A stretch of 32,000 bases of DNA. It comes from Mycolicibacterium smegmatis. Its GTDB lineage: Bacteria > Actinomycetota > Actinomycetes > Mycobacteriales > Mycobacteriaceae. The notes under the pieces were generated by a model that was not told the origin of the DNA, did no database searches, and saw nothing but the letters and a program-made list of their open reading frames with translations. Numbering within the stretch: the first letter of the stretch is position 1; each line of letters opens with the position of its first letter. Shown here piece by piece: positions 12,708-22,683 of this stretch. The stretch is from contig NZ_LN831039.1 of assembly GCF_001457595.1 (NCBI RefSeq), forward strand, positions 1,950,001-1,982,000, given 5' to 3'. A program made the position numbers and the translations under genes.

Positions 12708-13004
12708 CTTTTGCTGCCACTGGACGGTGGCGGATGGCGCACACCGGCGACGATTTTGTTCGCGCGCCTGCCATGCCCTGGTCTGGCCGTATGTCAGATG
12801 TCGATCTTGATGATGCTGTAGCGCGGTCCGGGGGTGCATCGAGGCGACTTTTCCCAAGTCCGGGCTATTTCGCCGACCATCATGATCGATCTTGACGTTG
12901 CTGAAATCTTGATTTGGGTGTTAATTGGCACCAGGTTTGCGTGAAGGCGCGAGTGGTATTAGCTGGTTGTAGCGTTTCAGGCCGGCGTTGCCGCTGTCGC
13001 TGCG

Positions 13005-13220
13005 GTGGCGATCTTGACCCCCGCGGTGGCCGCGCAGGCAGACGTTGCCGCGCCGTCGCCACTTGCGCCGGTCACTCATTCACTGGACGGACAATTCCGG
13101 CAGGACACCAATCTCTGGTGGTTCGGCGCCGCCAATCCGAATCTGCCCGCGCCATTCATGGTGTTGGGATTTCCAGGTGTGCTTCGCCGGCGCCAGTGTC
13201 AAGATCGGCCCGTACGGTTC
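13005..13220 (+). pseudogene. Possible remnant of a secreted-protein N-terminus
   Basis: Frame ...GVAAVAAVAILTPAVAAQADVAAPSPLAPVTHSLDGQFRQDTNLWWFGAANPNLPAPFMVLGFPG looks like a signal peptide plus mature start, without a clear start codon or ORF continuity. Confidence 0.25.
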
Positions 13221-13423
13221 CGTCGCGGTGTCGATGAGCAGAGGCTGCTAGAAGCCGTTCGCGCACAAATCTTTCAGTCCGGGCCCAACTGGGCCCGACT
13301 GCATCGTCCACTGCGCACCCGATCGGGTGCGAGCTGAGTAACCGAAAGCACGTCCAGGGTCATTCTCATCGCGCCGCCAGTCCGGGCCGGTCCCGACGGC
13401 GAAGAAGAACCCGCCGCCCACGA

Positions 13424-14790
13424 CGATGGGCCGCGGTTCTGGCGTCGACGGCCGGTGCTCTCGTCGCCATCGCCATCGTGGCACTGGCTGCCGGATTCGT
13501 CGCATTGCTCGGGTTGCGGGCGGTCGAGGCCAAATCGGCTCTCGAGCACGCCCGTGACAGTGCGGAACAAGTGAAAGGCGCTGTACTGCAGGGTGATAGC
13601 GAATCAGCAGCGCAGGCCGCCGAGAGTACGCACCCACGCCGCGGCGGCGTACGACACCACCCACTCGTGGCCGTGGAAGCTCGCCGCGTCGGTTCCATGG
13701 GCTTGGGAGCCCGCTGCAGACCAGGCGTGAGATCTCCGATGTCGTACTGGATCTGGCCAACGACATGCTGACGCCGGTGACGCAGGGGGGACGGTGATGT
13801 CGCCGAACGACCTGCTGCGGGACGGCCGAATGGATGTGGAACTGCTGCGCGCCGAGCAGTCCGAACTGAATTCGATCGCAGGCACCGCAGTGCGCCTCGA
13901 TGTCGATGCTGCCCCGATTTCCGAAGCCGCGTTCGTGGACGCTGTCGCCGATGCGCGGACAACGCTGAACCCAAACTGCGGAATTGGCCGAGTTACTCGG
14001 GAACACCTCGCTGGCAGCTCAACTGGCGCCACCGATGATGGGCGCTGACGGCTCGCGCGACTATTTCATGGGGTTTCAGACCAACGCCGAGGCGCGCAGG
14101 ACCGGTGGGCTGCTCGGCGGATTCGGTGTTCTGCATTTCGACAACGGCAAGTTCACAGTCGACGAGTTGGGCGCCAATGCTGATCTCGACAAGCCGTTCA
14201 CCCCGATCGATCTGGGCGGTGAGTACAACGAGCAGTACGGGTTCACGAATCCGACGACCGACTTCCACAACAGCAATCTGAGTTCCCACTTCCCCTACGC
14301 CGCGCAGATCTGGAAGTCCATGTGGACGCAGCAGACCGGGGTGGACGTGGACGGTGTCGTCGCGATCGACCCGGTGGCGCTGAGTTACATCCTGGGTGCG
14401 GTCGGGCCGGTCACGTTGACCGACGGGGGAGAAGATCAACAGTTCCAAAGTGGTGGGACTGGCGGAATCCACTGCCTATCAACGTTTCCCGACGATCAGC
14501 CGGCGCGGAAACGCTATCTGCAGGGGTGTCGCGAACGCCGTGGTGAAGAAGATGGCCGAGCCGTGCAGTCCCGCGGAAACTGCTCGACGCGCTGGGCAAG
14601 GCTGTCGGTGAGCGCCGTATCGTCCACGATTCGAGGATGTCGGAGGCGGATGCGTATGCGCGATCGTTGAGAACTTCAGGGGGCAGCGCATATCTGCCGT
14701 CGCGCAACAGGGCGGGCATGGGGCAGATGCTCGTGGCCGCACAGACCATCTGCCGGACGTTCACCGCGTCATCCTGCGGCCCGACAAGTG
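13424..14790 (+). pseudogene. Decayed DUF4012 domain membrane protein gene, multiple frameshifts
   Basis: Collinear DUF4012 pieces in different frames: RRWAAVLASTAGALVAIAIVALAAGFVALLGLRAVEAKSALEHARD; RTHAAAAYDTTHSWPWKLAASVPWAWEPAADQA; REISDVVLDLANDMLTPVTQGG; SPNDLLRDGRMDVELLRAEQSELN; LAPPMMGADGSRDYFMGFQTNAEARRTGGLLGGFGVLHFDNGKFTVDELGAN...GVVAIDPVALSYILGAVGPVTL. Boundaries approximate. Confidence 0.8.
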
Positions 14791-15016
14791 CGGTGGCCTC
14801 TGACGGCTCCGCGTTCGATATGCCGTTCCCGGATAAGAGGAGTGACCCGCCGGCAATGGCGGCGGCGCCGAATCGGGCCCGCTGCAAGAAGTGCCTACGA
14901 TCGAGTGGAAACCATACCGCCGCGCGTACCGCGCTTTTCCGCCGACCGCACCGGCGTCGGAAGACCAGAGAGCAAACCTCAGCTGGCACCGCGGTCTGCC
15001 TGGCTACACTTCTCAC

Positions 15017-15535
15017 GTGGGATATCCCGACAACGTGCTCGCCGGCGACGAACAGGTGGTCTTGCACCGTCATCCGCACTGGAAGCGGCTGATCGGACCG
15101 GTGTTCATCCTGATCGTCGCGACGGCATTGGCAAGTTTCGGTGCGGCCTACGTCAACACGCTCCACTGGGATCCGACCGCCACACTCGTGGTGTCCTTGG
15201 TGATCCTGGCGATCTGGCTGGTGATCGTCGGTTGGCTCACACTGTGGCCATTCTTGACCTGGTTGACAACACATTTCGTCATCACCGACCGCAGGGTGAT
15301 GTTCCGTCACGGGTTGCTGACGCGAAGCGGTATCGACATCCCGCTGGCCAGGATCAACAGTGTGGAGTTCCGGCACGGCCTGTCCGACCGCATCCTGCGG
15401 ACCGGCACCCTGATCATCGAATCAGCGAGCCAGGATCCGCTTGAGTTCTACGACATCCCGCGCGTCGAGCAGGTCCACGCGCTGCTCTATCACGAAGTCT
15501 TCGACACCCTGGGGTCCGACGAATCGCCGAGTTGA
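15017..15535 (+). CDS. PH domain-containing (bPH2/YdbS-like) membrane protein
   Basis: GTG start; VGYPDNVLAGDEQVVLHRHPHWKRLIGPV...TTHFVITDRRVMFRHGLLTRSGIDIPLARINSVEF...GTLIIESASQDPLEFYDIPRVEQVHALLYHEVFD. Strong likeness to Rv3278c from memory. Confidence 0.88.
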   Translation: MGYPDNVLAGDEQVVLHRHPHWKRLIGPVFILIVATALASFGAAYVNTLHWDPTATLVVSLVILAIWLVIVGWLTLWPFLTWLTTHFVITDRRVMFRHGLLTRSGIDIPLARINSVEFRHGLSDRILRTGTLIIESASQDPLEFYDIPRVEQVHALLYHEVFDTLGSDESPS

Positions 15536-16161
15536 GGCGGCGCGCCGCGACCGCGTGACCGGCGCATCGGCGTCACCACGCTGTCCGGGCCGTGACTCAC
15601 CTCGTATTCGTCCTCGAGAGCCTCGGCGAGACCGCCACCGGTGAGGGCGGACTCGAGTGCCTTGTCGGGATTGCGGGCGAACTCGTCGGGGAAGACGAAC
15701 CGGCGAAACGCCCAGAACCGGAACGCCATCTGCAGCAGGTTGCCGATGATGTAGGCCGAGATGAAGTCGGCGATGTTCTCCGTCGTCAGGGACACCTCGG
15801 GCACGCGGAGCATCAGCACATAGCTGGAGATCCACAGTGGTGCCATCGACAACAGCACTCCGACACCGCTGACCGCGAAGAACAGGAATGCCTCGTGATG
15901 TCGCTCACGCCCGCCCCGGTCGCGGAAGCTCCACTCCCGGTTGAGGATGTAGGAGGCGATGACCGCGACGATGCCCGCGATGATCTTGGCGGTGACCGGC
16001 TTGGGCTCCAGGACGGTCAGCTTGAGCGTGTAGAAGATCGCTGAGTCGATCACGAAGGTCGTGGCACCGACGATCGCGAATTTGATCAGCTCATGGTGCC
16101 GTTCGGCGAACGGCCGGATGAACCGCGGTAGACGCGCGATCGTTGCATCAGCGAAGGACAC
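15490..16161 (-). CDS. GtrA family protein
   Basis: ELIKFAIVGATTFVIDSAIFYTLKLTVLEPKPVTAKIIAGIVAVIASYILNREWSFRDRG is a GtrA signature; four TM segments. Confidence 0.9.
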   Translation of the reverse strand: MSFADATIARLPRFIRPFAERHHELIKFAIVGATTFVIDSAIFYTLKLTVLEPKPVTAKIIAGIVAVIASYILNREWSFRDRGGRERHHEAFLFFAVSGVGVLLSMAPLWISSYVLMLRVPEVSLTTENIADFISAYIIGNLLQMAFRFWAFRRFVFPDEFARNPDKALESALTGGGLAEALEDEYEVSHGPDSVVTPMRRSRGRGAPPQLGDSSDPRVSKTS

Positions 16162-16228
16162 GATTAGCCAGTGTACGGAAACGCATGCTCGGATGCGGAA
16201 TCGTGTATACAGCGCAGGTCATGCCAAC

Positions 16229-17464
16229 ATGGTTGACGTGCCGCGCGCTTCTCAAACCAATTCCTCCGCAGTCCCCGTGGTCGCCATGATCGGCGGTGGC
16301 CAGCTGGCCCGCATGACCCATCAGGCCGCGATCGCGCTGGGACAGACACTTCGCGTGCTGGCCGTCGACCCGAACGACCCCGCGGCACAGGTCAGCCCGG
16401 ACATCGTGCTGGGCTCACACACCGATTACGACGCGCTGGTGAAGGTTGCGCAAGGTGCGACCGTCGTCACGTTCGACCACGAACACGTGCCCACCGAACA
16501 TCTCGACAGACTCGTCGCCGACGGTGTGACGGTCGCCCCTCCGCCCGAGGCGCTGGTGCACGCCCAGGACAAGCTGGTGATGCGTCGTCGTCTGGCCGAT
16601 CTGGGGGCGCCCATCCCGCAGTTCGCCGAGGTCACCGCGGCCGACGAAGCCGAGAAGTTCAGCCGCGAGGTCGGCGGCGCCGCTGTGATCAAGACCATCC
16701 GGGGTGGTTACGACGGCCGCGGTGTCGTGCTGCTCGACACACCCGAACAGGCCCGCGAGGTGGCCGCGAAGTATCTCGCCGACGGGGTGCCGATCCTGAT
16801 CGAGGAACGCGTCGCGATGCGGCGCGAACTGTCGGCGCTCGTCGCGCGCTCGGCGTTCGGCCAGGGTTCGGCGTGGCCGGTGGTGCAGACCGTGCAGCGT
16901 GACGGCATCTGCGTCGAGGTGATCGCCCCGGCTCCTGACCTGCCCGACGATCTGGCCGCAAGCGCCCAGCAGTTGGGCCTGCGCCTGGCCGCCGAGCTGG
17001 GTGTCATCGGTGTGCTGGCCGTCGAACTGTTCGAGACCGTCGACGGCAGGATCCTGGTCAACGAACTGGCGATGCGCCCGCACAACTCCGGGCACTGGAC
17101 CATGGACGGCGCCGTGACCAGCCAGTTCGAGCAGCATCTGCGCGCGGTCCTGGACTATCCCCTTGGTGAGACCTCCGCGCGCGCCGAGATCGTCGTGATG
17201 TCCAACGTGCTCGGCGCACCGGAGATACCGGCGATGAGCCTCGACGAGCGCATCCACCATCTGTTCGCCCGTATGCCCGACGCCAAGGTGCACATGTACG
17301 GCAAGGGGGAGCGTCCGGGACGCAAGCTGGGCCATGTCAACCTTGTGGGCAAACCGGGCGAGGACGTGGCCGCCGTGCGCGAGCGCGCCAATCGCGCCTC
17401 GCACTGGCTGTCACACGCACAGTGGACCGACAACTGGAACGAGCATGGGACGGACACCGAATGA
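16229..17464 (+). CDS. purK: 5-(carboxyamino)imidazole ribonucleotide synthase
   Basis: [45 protein letters not shown] and [31 protein letters not shown]. Confidence 0.95.
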   Translation: MVDVPRASQTNSSAVPVVAMIGGGQLARMTHQAAIALGQTLRVLAVDPNDPAAQVSPDIVLGSHTDYDALVKVAQGATVVTFDHEHVPTEHLDRLVADGVTVAPPPEALVHAQDKLVMRRRLADLGAPIPQFAEVTAADEAEKFSREVGGAAVIKTIRGGYDGRGVVLLDTPEQAREVAAKYLADGVPILIEERVAMRRELSALVARSAFGQGSAWPVVQTVQRDGICVEVIAPAPDLPDDLAASAQQLGLRLAAELGVIGVLAVELFETVDGRILVNELAMRPHNSGHWTMDGAVTSQFEQHLRAVLDYPLGETSARAEIVVMSNVLGAPEIPAMSLDERIHHLFARMPDAKVHMYGKGERPGRKLGHVNLVGKPGEDVAAVRERANRASHWLSHAQWTDNWNEHGTDTE

Positions 17465-17970
17465 CAAGTAGCCCCCGGGTCGGGCTCATCATGGGCAGCG
17501 ACAGCGACTGGACGGTGATGGTCGACGCCGCAGAGGCGCTCGCCGAGTTCGAGGTGCCGTTCGAGGTCGGCGTGGTCTCGGCGCACCGTACGCCCGGTCG
17601 CATGCTGGACTACGCGAAGAACGCCGCCGACCGCGGCATCGAGGTGATCATCGCCGGCGCGGGCGGTGCCGCGCACCTGCCCGGGATGGTCGCGTCCGCG
17701 ACGCCGCTGCCCGTCATCGGCGTCCCCGTCCCGCTGGCCCGACTGGACGGATTGGATTCGCTGCTGTCGATCGTGCAGATGCCGGCCGGGGTCCCGGTGG
17801 CGACGGTGTCGATCGGCGGGGCGCGCAATGCGGGCCTGCTCGCGGTGCGGATCCTCGGTGCCACGGACGCGCAGTTGCGGGGCCGGATGGCGAAGTTCCA
17901 GGCCGACCTGGAGGCCATGGTTCTGGAAAAGGACGCAGCCCTGCGGTCGCGTCTCCTCGGCGACGGGTAG
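17461..17970 (+). CDS. purE: N5-carboxyaminoimidazole ribonucleotide mutase
   Basis: [64 protein letters not shown]. 4-nt overlap with purK. Confidence 0.95.
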   Translation: MTSSPRVGLIMGSDSDWTVMVDAAEALAEFEVPFEVGVVSAHRTPGRMLDYAKNAADRGIEVIIAGAGGAAHLPGMVASATPLPVIGVPVPLARLDGLDSLLSIVQMPAGVPVATVSIGGARNAGLLAVRILGATDAQLRGRMAKFQADLEAMVLEKDAALRSRLLGDG

Positions 17971-18315
17971 AGCGCCCCTCACGCGCCCGGCTGCGGCGGT
18001 GGGGTATCGCTGCGGCCGTCTTCCGGCATCGGTGTGCTCGTGGGCAGATGGCCCGTCTGACCTGCGTGAAGGCTGGCGTCCATGACCGCGCTTCCGCGAA
18101 GCCAGCGACGCTGTCCGCTCCATCCGCAGTCGCAGACGGCTTGGCTTCGCAATTGCGACGAGACCACGTAGACCTGCACCCGTGGCAAACTACCGGCCGA
18201 TGTTGGTGGCCGGGCGAGGCAATCCTGATGTCTCTCTGAGAATTTCCGTCCGAAGCCCGATTTCTTCCCGGGGACAGGGCGAGTAAAGTTACCAGCGAGT
18301 AGCAAGGAGGCCACG

Positions 18316-19485
18316 ATGGCTGCATGGGGCGGCAATCCGTCTTTCGATCTGTTCCAGTTGCCCGAGGAGCATCAGGAGTTGCGGGCGGCGATCCGTGCGC
18401 TGGCTGAGAAGGAGATCGCGCCGCACGCTGCCGATGTGGATGAGAATGCGCGGTTTCCGCAGGAGGCGCTCGATGCGTTGAATGCTTCGGGGTTCAACGC
18501 GGTGCACGTGCCTGAGGAGTACGGCGGTCAGGGCGCGGATTCGGTCGCGGCGTGCATCGTGATCGAGGAGGTCGCGCGGGTGGATGCCTCGGCGTCGTTG
18601 ATCCCGGCGGTCAACAAGCTGGGCACGATGGGGTTGATCCTGCGTGGTTCGGATGAGTTGAAGAAGCAGGTGTTGCCGCAGTTGGCCTCGGGTGCGGCGA
18701 TGGCGTCGTATGCGTTGTCCGAGCGTGAGGCCGGCAGTGATGCGGCGAGTATGCGCACGCGGGCCAGGGCCGATGGGGATGACTGGGTTCTCAACGGCAC
18801 CAAGTGCTGGATCACCAATGGTGGTAAGTCGTCGTGGTACACGGTGATGGCGGTGACCGATCCGGACAAGGGTGCCAACGGGATTTCGGCGTTCATGGTG
18901 CACCAGGACGACGAGGGGTTCAGCGTCGGTCCCAAGGAGCGCAAGCTGGGCATCAAGGGGTCGCCGACCACGGAGTTGTATTTCGAGAACTGTCGGATTC
19001 CCGGGGATCGGATCATCGGTGAGCCGGGTACGGGGTTCAAGACGGCGTTGGCGACGTTGGATCACACGCGCCCGACGATCGGGGCGCAGGCGGTGGGGAT
19101 CGCCCAGGGTGCGTTGGATGCGGCGATCGCCTACACCAAGGACCGCAAGCAGTTCGGTACGAGCATCAGTGATTTTCAGGCTGTGCAGTTCATGTTGGCC
19201 GATATGGCGATGAAGGTCGAGTCGGCGCGGTTGATGGTGTATCACGCCGCGGCGCGTGCTGAGCGTGGTGAGAAGAACCTGGGGTTCATCTCGGCGGCCA
19301 GTAAGTGTCTGGCGTCGGATATCGCCATGGAGGTCACCACCGATGCGGTGCAGTTGTTCGGCGGTGCGGGTTACACGCAGGACTTCCCGGTGGAGCGGAT
19401 GATGCGTGATGCCAAGATCACCCAGATCTACGAGGGCACCAACCAGATCCAGCGCGTGGTCATGAGCCGCGCCCTGCTGCGCTGA
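18316..19485 (+). CDS. fadE25: Acyl-CoA dehydrogenase (FadE25-like)
   Basis: GSDAASMRTRARADGDDWVLNGTKCWITNGG, RKQFGTSISDFQAVQFMLADMAMKVESARLMVYHAA, QLFGGAGYTQDFPVERMMRDAKITQIYEGTNQIQRVVMSRALL. Upstream purine-rich ribosome-binding site AAGGAGG. Confidence 0.92.
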   Translation: MAAWGGNPSFDLFQLPEEHQELRAAIRALAEKEIAPHAADVDENARFPQEALDALNASGFNAVHVPEEYGGQGADSVAACIVIEEVARVDASASLIPAVNKLGTMGLILRGSDELKKQVLPQLASGAAMASYALSEREAGSDAASMRTRARADGDDWVLNGTKCWITNGGKSSWYTVMAVTDPDKGANGISAFMVHQDDEGFSVGPKERKLGIKGSPTTELYFENCRIPGDRIIGEPGTGFKTALATLDHTRPTIGAQAVGIAQGALDAAIAYTKDRKQFGTSISDFQAVQFMLADMAMKVESARLMVYHAAARAERGEKNLGFISAASKCLASDIAMEVTTDAVQLFGGAGYTQDFPVERMMRDAKITQIYEGTNQIQRVVMSRALLR

Positions 19486-19507
19486 GCGTGGCAGTACCCT
19501 GCGGGAC

Positions 19508-20320
19508 GTGAACAGCGATACCGAGCGCCCGGCGCTCGATGCCGACGCCATCCGTTCCGCAGTGGTGCGACCGCGCGGGTCGTGGCGCAGTTTCGATGTC
19601 GTCGCGGAGACCGGGTCGACGAATGCCGACCTGCTGGCACGCGCGAGATCGGGTACCGACATCAACGGTGCGGTGTTGGCCGCCGAACACCAGACCGCGG
19701 GCCGCGGTCGCAACGGCAGACAGTGGACCACGCCGCCGCGATCGCAGATCGCGGTCTCGGTGGGGATCGACACGACCGGTGTTCCGTCGACAGCGTGGGG
19801 CCTGCTCCCGCTCGCGACCGGCGTGGCGGTGGTCGACGCCATCTCGGCGGTCACCGGGGTCGAAGCGAAACTCAAGTGGCCCAACGATGTTCTGGTCGAC
19901 ACCGGCAAGCTGGCCGGCATCCTGGCCGAGGTCGCCTCGCCCGCACCGACCGTGGTGATCGGCACCGGCCTGAACGTCTCTGTCATGCCGGACGACGTGC
20001 CCGATTCGGTCGCGACGTCGCTGGCGATGCTGACCGACGCCCCCGTGGATCGCTCGGCACTGCTGACGGAGTTCCTGACCCGACTGGCCGACCGGGTCGA
20101 AAGCTGGCGTGCGGCAGGCGGAGCCGACGAAAGGCTGCTCGACGACTATCGGCAGTGCAGCGGCACGCTGGGCACCGCGGTCCGGGTGCTGCTTCCGGGA
20201 GATCGGCAACTGCTGGGCGACGCGGTGGACATCGACGAATCCGGAAGACTGCTGATCGACTCCGAGGGTGAGCGCATCACCGTGGCCGCAGGCGACGTGA
20301 CGCATCTGCGCCCCGCGTGA
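19508..20320 (+). CDS. birA: Biotin--[acetyl-CoA-carboxylase] ligase
   Basis: VAETGSTNADLLARARSG, AAEHQTAGRGRNGRQWTTPPRSQIAVSV, LKWPNDVLVDTGKLAGILAE. Confidence 0.92.
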   Translation: MNSDTERPALDADAIRSAVVRPRGSWRSFDVVAETGSTNADLLARARSGTDINGAVLAAEHQTAGRGRNGRQWTTPPRSQIAVSVGIDTTGVPSTAWGLLPLATGVAVVDAISAVTGVEAKLKWPNDVLVDTGKLAGILAEVASPAPTVVIGTGLNVSVMPDDVPDSVATSLAMLTDAPVDRSALLTEFLTRLADRVESWRAAGGADERLLDDYRQCSGTLGTAVRVLLPGDRQLLGDAVDIDESGRLLIDSEGERITVAAGDVTHLRPA

Positions 20321-20395
20321 CCTCTCGCGAGCAGACACAAACTTGCGCACATTGGGGTGAAAAAGCGCAGTTTTGCGTCTGCTCGGCAGGAAAAG

Positions 20396-21100
20396 CTAAC
20401 CGCGCGTGACCTTCTCGGTCTGGCGGCGGCGTTCCTGGGCGCCCGGATCGGGATTGGCCACCTGCACCAGCGACGCGCCGGCGGCGAACACCGCGAGCAG
20501 GTTGGCGATCAGTTCGTCGGGGGTGGCCCATGACGCGGTCGAGAGCACGCGGTCGTCCGCGGTGAACCCGCTTGCCGCTGCGGCACTGCGCGCGGCGTCG
20601 AGCACCTCGCCGACCGACTGTCCGGCCAGTGCCGGGCCGGGACGGCGCTCCGGCACGATCTGATCGCCGTGCACACGCACCGCCGTCGCATAGTCGGTGA
20701 CGCCCACCGGCAGATCGGCGGCCGGCTTACCGAACGGGTCGAGGGACAGCACCGCGACCTCGCCTCCGGAGACCGCGTCGTCGGCCTCGTCGAGCCGGGC
20801 ACGGGTGCACAGGGCGATGTCGGCAGGACCCTCCAACACGATTTCCGCGCCGATCCACCAGATCCCGAACAACACCGCCGCGGTCTGCCAGTGCGCGGGC
20901 AGCAGCACCGCGACGCGGGTCTGCGGACCTGCGCCCAGCTCGTCGCGTAACAGGTTGGCGGTCTTGGCGGCCCAGTTGGCCAGGGTCACCGTCGACAGCT
21001 CGATGCGTTCACCGGTGGCGTCGTCGTAGTAGGTGATCCGCGGGCCGGCCGGATCGGCCGCCAACAGCGGGTCCAGCACGGCAGCGCTGACTGTGCTCAT
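20396..21100 (-). CDS. TIGR03089 family protein (acyl-CoA synthetase-like N-terminal region)
   Basis: PAGPRITYYDDATGERIELSTVTLANWAAKTANLLRDELGAGPQTRVAVLLPAHWQTAAVLFGIWWIGAEIVL. Confidence 0.85.
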   Translation of the reverse strand: MSTVSAAVLDPLLAADPAGPRITYYDDATGERIELSTVTLANWAAKTANLLRDELGAGPQTRVAVLLPAHWQTAAVLFGIWWIGAEIVLEGPADIALCTRARLDEADDAVSGGEVAVLSLDPFGKPAADLPVGVTDYATAVRVHGDQIVPERRPGPALAGQSVGEVLDAARSAAAASGFTADDRVLSTASWATPDELIANLLAVFAAGASLVQVANPDPGAQERRRQTEKVTRG

Positions 21101-21122
21101 TGCTCGCTCATTCCTGATGCGG

Positions 21123-22616
21123 TCAGTTCACGCACTGCGGGTCGTTGGCGCCCGCGGTGAGAATCGGCGACGGCGGAGGCGGCGGGGTCTCGTCCTCGCT
21201 CGAGCCGTCGGCGTAGCCGCTCGCGCTGGAGGAGGCCGGATCCACCGAGCTCAGGGCGGGGTTGCCGTCCAGACCGGACCCGGGGCCGGTGTAGTCGTCA
21301 CCGAGCACCACACGCACCGATCCGGCCGGGATCGACGAATCCTCGTGCACCGGCAGCCCGCCGAGATCCTTCGCGACCTCCTGGGCGCCGAGATCGTCGG
21401 ACGTGGCCGCCAGCACCTGGCTGCCTGCCACCGGTCCGTCCTCGTGGTTACCGGTGTCGCCGGGGGTGAACCCCTTCTGGGTGAGCACCTGCGAGACCGA
21501 GGCGGCCAGGCCGTTGACGTCGGTGCCGTTGAGCACCTCGACGGTGGTCTTGGCAGGCGAGTAGGCCAGCTCCTCGGTCTTGCCCTCGTCCTGGTCCTGC
21601 AGCAGACCGGTCACCCAGTCGCGGACCTGCTGCGGGTCCACCCGCACGACGCTCTGCATGCCGTCGTCGCTCCAGCCGTCCTCACGCAGGATCGGGATGG
21701 TCGCGAACGCGACGTTGCCGCCTGCGAGGTTCTGCAGCTGGCTGACGAAATCCATGATGTCCCAACCGTCGGAGATCACCACGGAACGCTGGACGGCGTC
21801 CTGGAGGCGTCCCAGCGTGGCCGGGCTCGACAGGGTCTTGCTCGAGATCGCCTCGTGCGCAAGGGAAGCCATGAACGCCTGCTGCCGGGTGACGCGGTCC
21901 AGGTCACCGCGGGGCAGGCCGTGGCGCTGACGCACGAAGCTCAACGCCTGTGGGCCGTTGAGCTTCTGCCAGCCCGCCGGGAAGTCGGCGCCCGAAAGCG
22001 GTTCGTACACGGGCTCGTTGAGGCACACGTTGACGCCGCCGAGCGCGTCGGTGATGAGCGCGAAGCCCAGCAGGCCGATCTCGGCGTAATGGTCGACGGT
22101 GACGCCCGTGAGATCGGCGACGGTCTCGATGAGCTTCTCGCGCCCGGCCTCGGTGGCCTCCGGCTCCGCGACCGCCGGGTCCTCGCCCTCGACCTCGACC
22201 AGTTGCTTCATGCGGTCGAGCTTGACGTCGCCGAAGACGCCGTTGATCTTCATCTTGCCCCAGCCCGGGGCCTCCACATAGGAGTCGCGGGGGATGGAGA
22301 TCGCGGTCGCCGACGTCCCGTTGTTGGGGATGCGGACCAGGATGATCGTGTCGGTGTTGGTCGACACGTCGTCGCCGGCCCGCAGCGTCGCGAGCTCTTC
22401 GGGGGACAACGGGTTGCCGTGGGCATCTGTGCGGCTGTCGATACCGACCAGCAGGATGTCGATCGCGCCGTCCTCGCCGCCCTCGCCGAGCGCGGACGAG
22501 CTGATGTGGTTGATACCGGACTCGAACGACCGGACCTGGGTCCAGGCCACCCCTGTTCCGAGCACCACGGCCGACGCTGCGGCCACAGCAATGGACCTGA
22601 TCAACGGGATGGGCAC
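21123..22616 (-). CDS. LCP (LytR-CpsA-Psr) family protein with C-terminal LytR_C domain
   Basis: DILLVGIDSRTDAHGNPLS, DTIILVRIPNNGTSATAISIPRDSYVE, ALSFVRQRHGLPRGDLDRVTRQQAFM. The C-terminal VEVLNGTDVNGLAASVSQVLTQKGF is the LytR_C type. Confidence 0.93.
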   Translation of the reverse strand: MPIPLIRSIAVAAASAVVLGTGVAWTQVRSFESGINHISSSALGEGGEDGAIDILLVGIDSRTDAHGNPLSPEELATLRAGDDVSTNTDTIILVRIPNNGTSATAISIPRDSYVEAPGWGKMKINGVFGDVKLDRMKQLVEVEGEDPAVAEPEATEAGREKLIETVADLTGVTVDHYAEIGLLGFALITDALGGVNVCLNEPVYEPLSGADFPAGWQKLNGPQALSFVRQRHGLPRGDLDRVTRQQAFMASLAHEAISSKTLSSPATLGRLQDAVQRSVVISDGWDIMDFVSQLQNLAGGNVAFATIPILREDGWSDDGMQSVVRVDPQQVRDWVTGLLQDQDEGKTEELAYSPAKTTVEVLNGTDVNGLAASVSQVLTQKGFTPGDTGNHEDGPVAGSQVLAATSDDLGAQEVAKDLGGLPVHEDSSIPAGSVRVVLGDDYTGPGSGLDGNPALSSVDPASSSASGYADGSSEDETPPPPPSPILTAGANDPQCVN

Positions 22617-22683
22617 GAGCCCAGGCTACTGGCGGACCCCACGTGAGCCGGGTAACGATCACCGGCGTGCCAGACTCGACGTC

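Noticed and set aside
12381-12857. 158-aa ORF crossing the right end of the IS
   Set aside because: It spans the IS/chromosome junction and target duplication, so it is unlikely to be an evolved gene; no recognisable motifs.
13248-14006. 252-aa minus-strand ORF over the DUF4012 remnant
   Set aside because: The plus strand carries recognisable DUF4012 fragments; the minus frame looks like random high-GC translation.
13424-14790. Programmed frameshifting in the DUF4012 region
   Set aside because: Too many shifts in both directions, internal stops, and no slippery sequences or single recoding site; decay is simpler.
17971-18315. Possible gene or RNA in the purE-fadE25 gap
   Set aside because: Short ORFs here lack motifs; the gap is a plausible 5' regulatory region but nothing specific could be supported.
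18289-19986. 565-aa ORF antisense to fadE25 and birA
   Set aside because: Mirror frame of two clear coding regions; no domain support.
21033-22646. 537-aa ORF antisense to the LCP gene
   Set aside because: Same artefact; the LCP protein on the minus strand is convincing.
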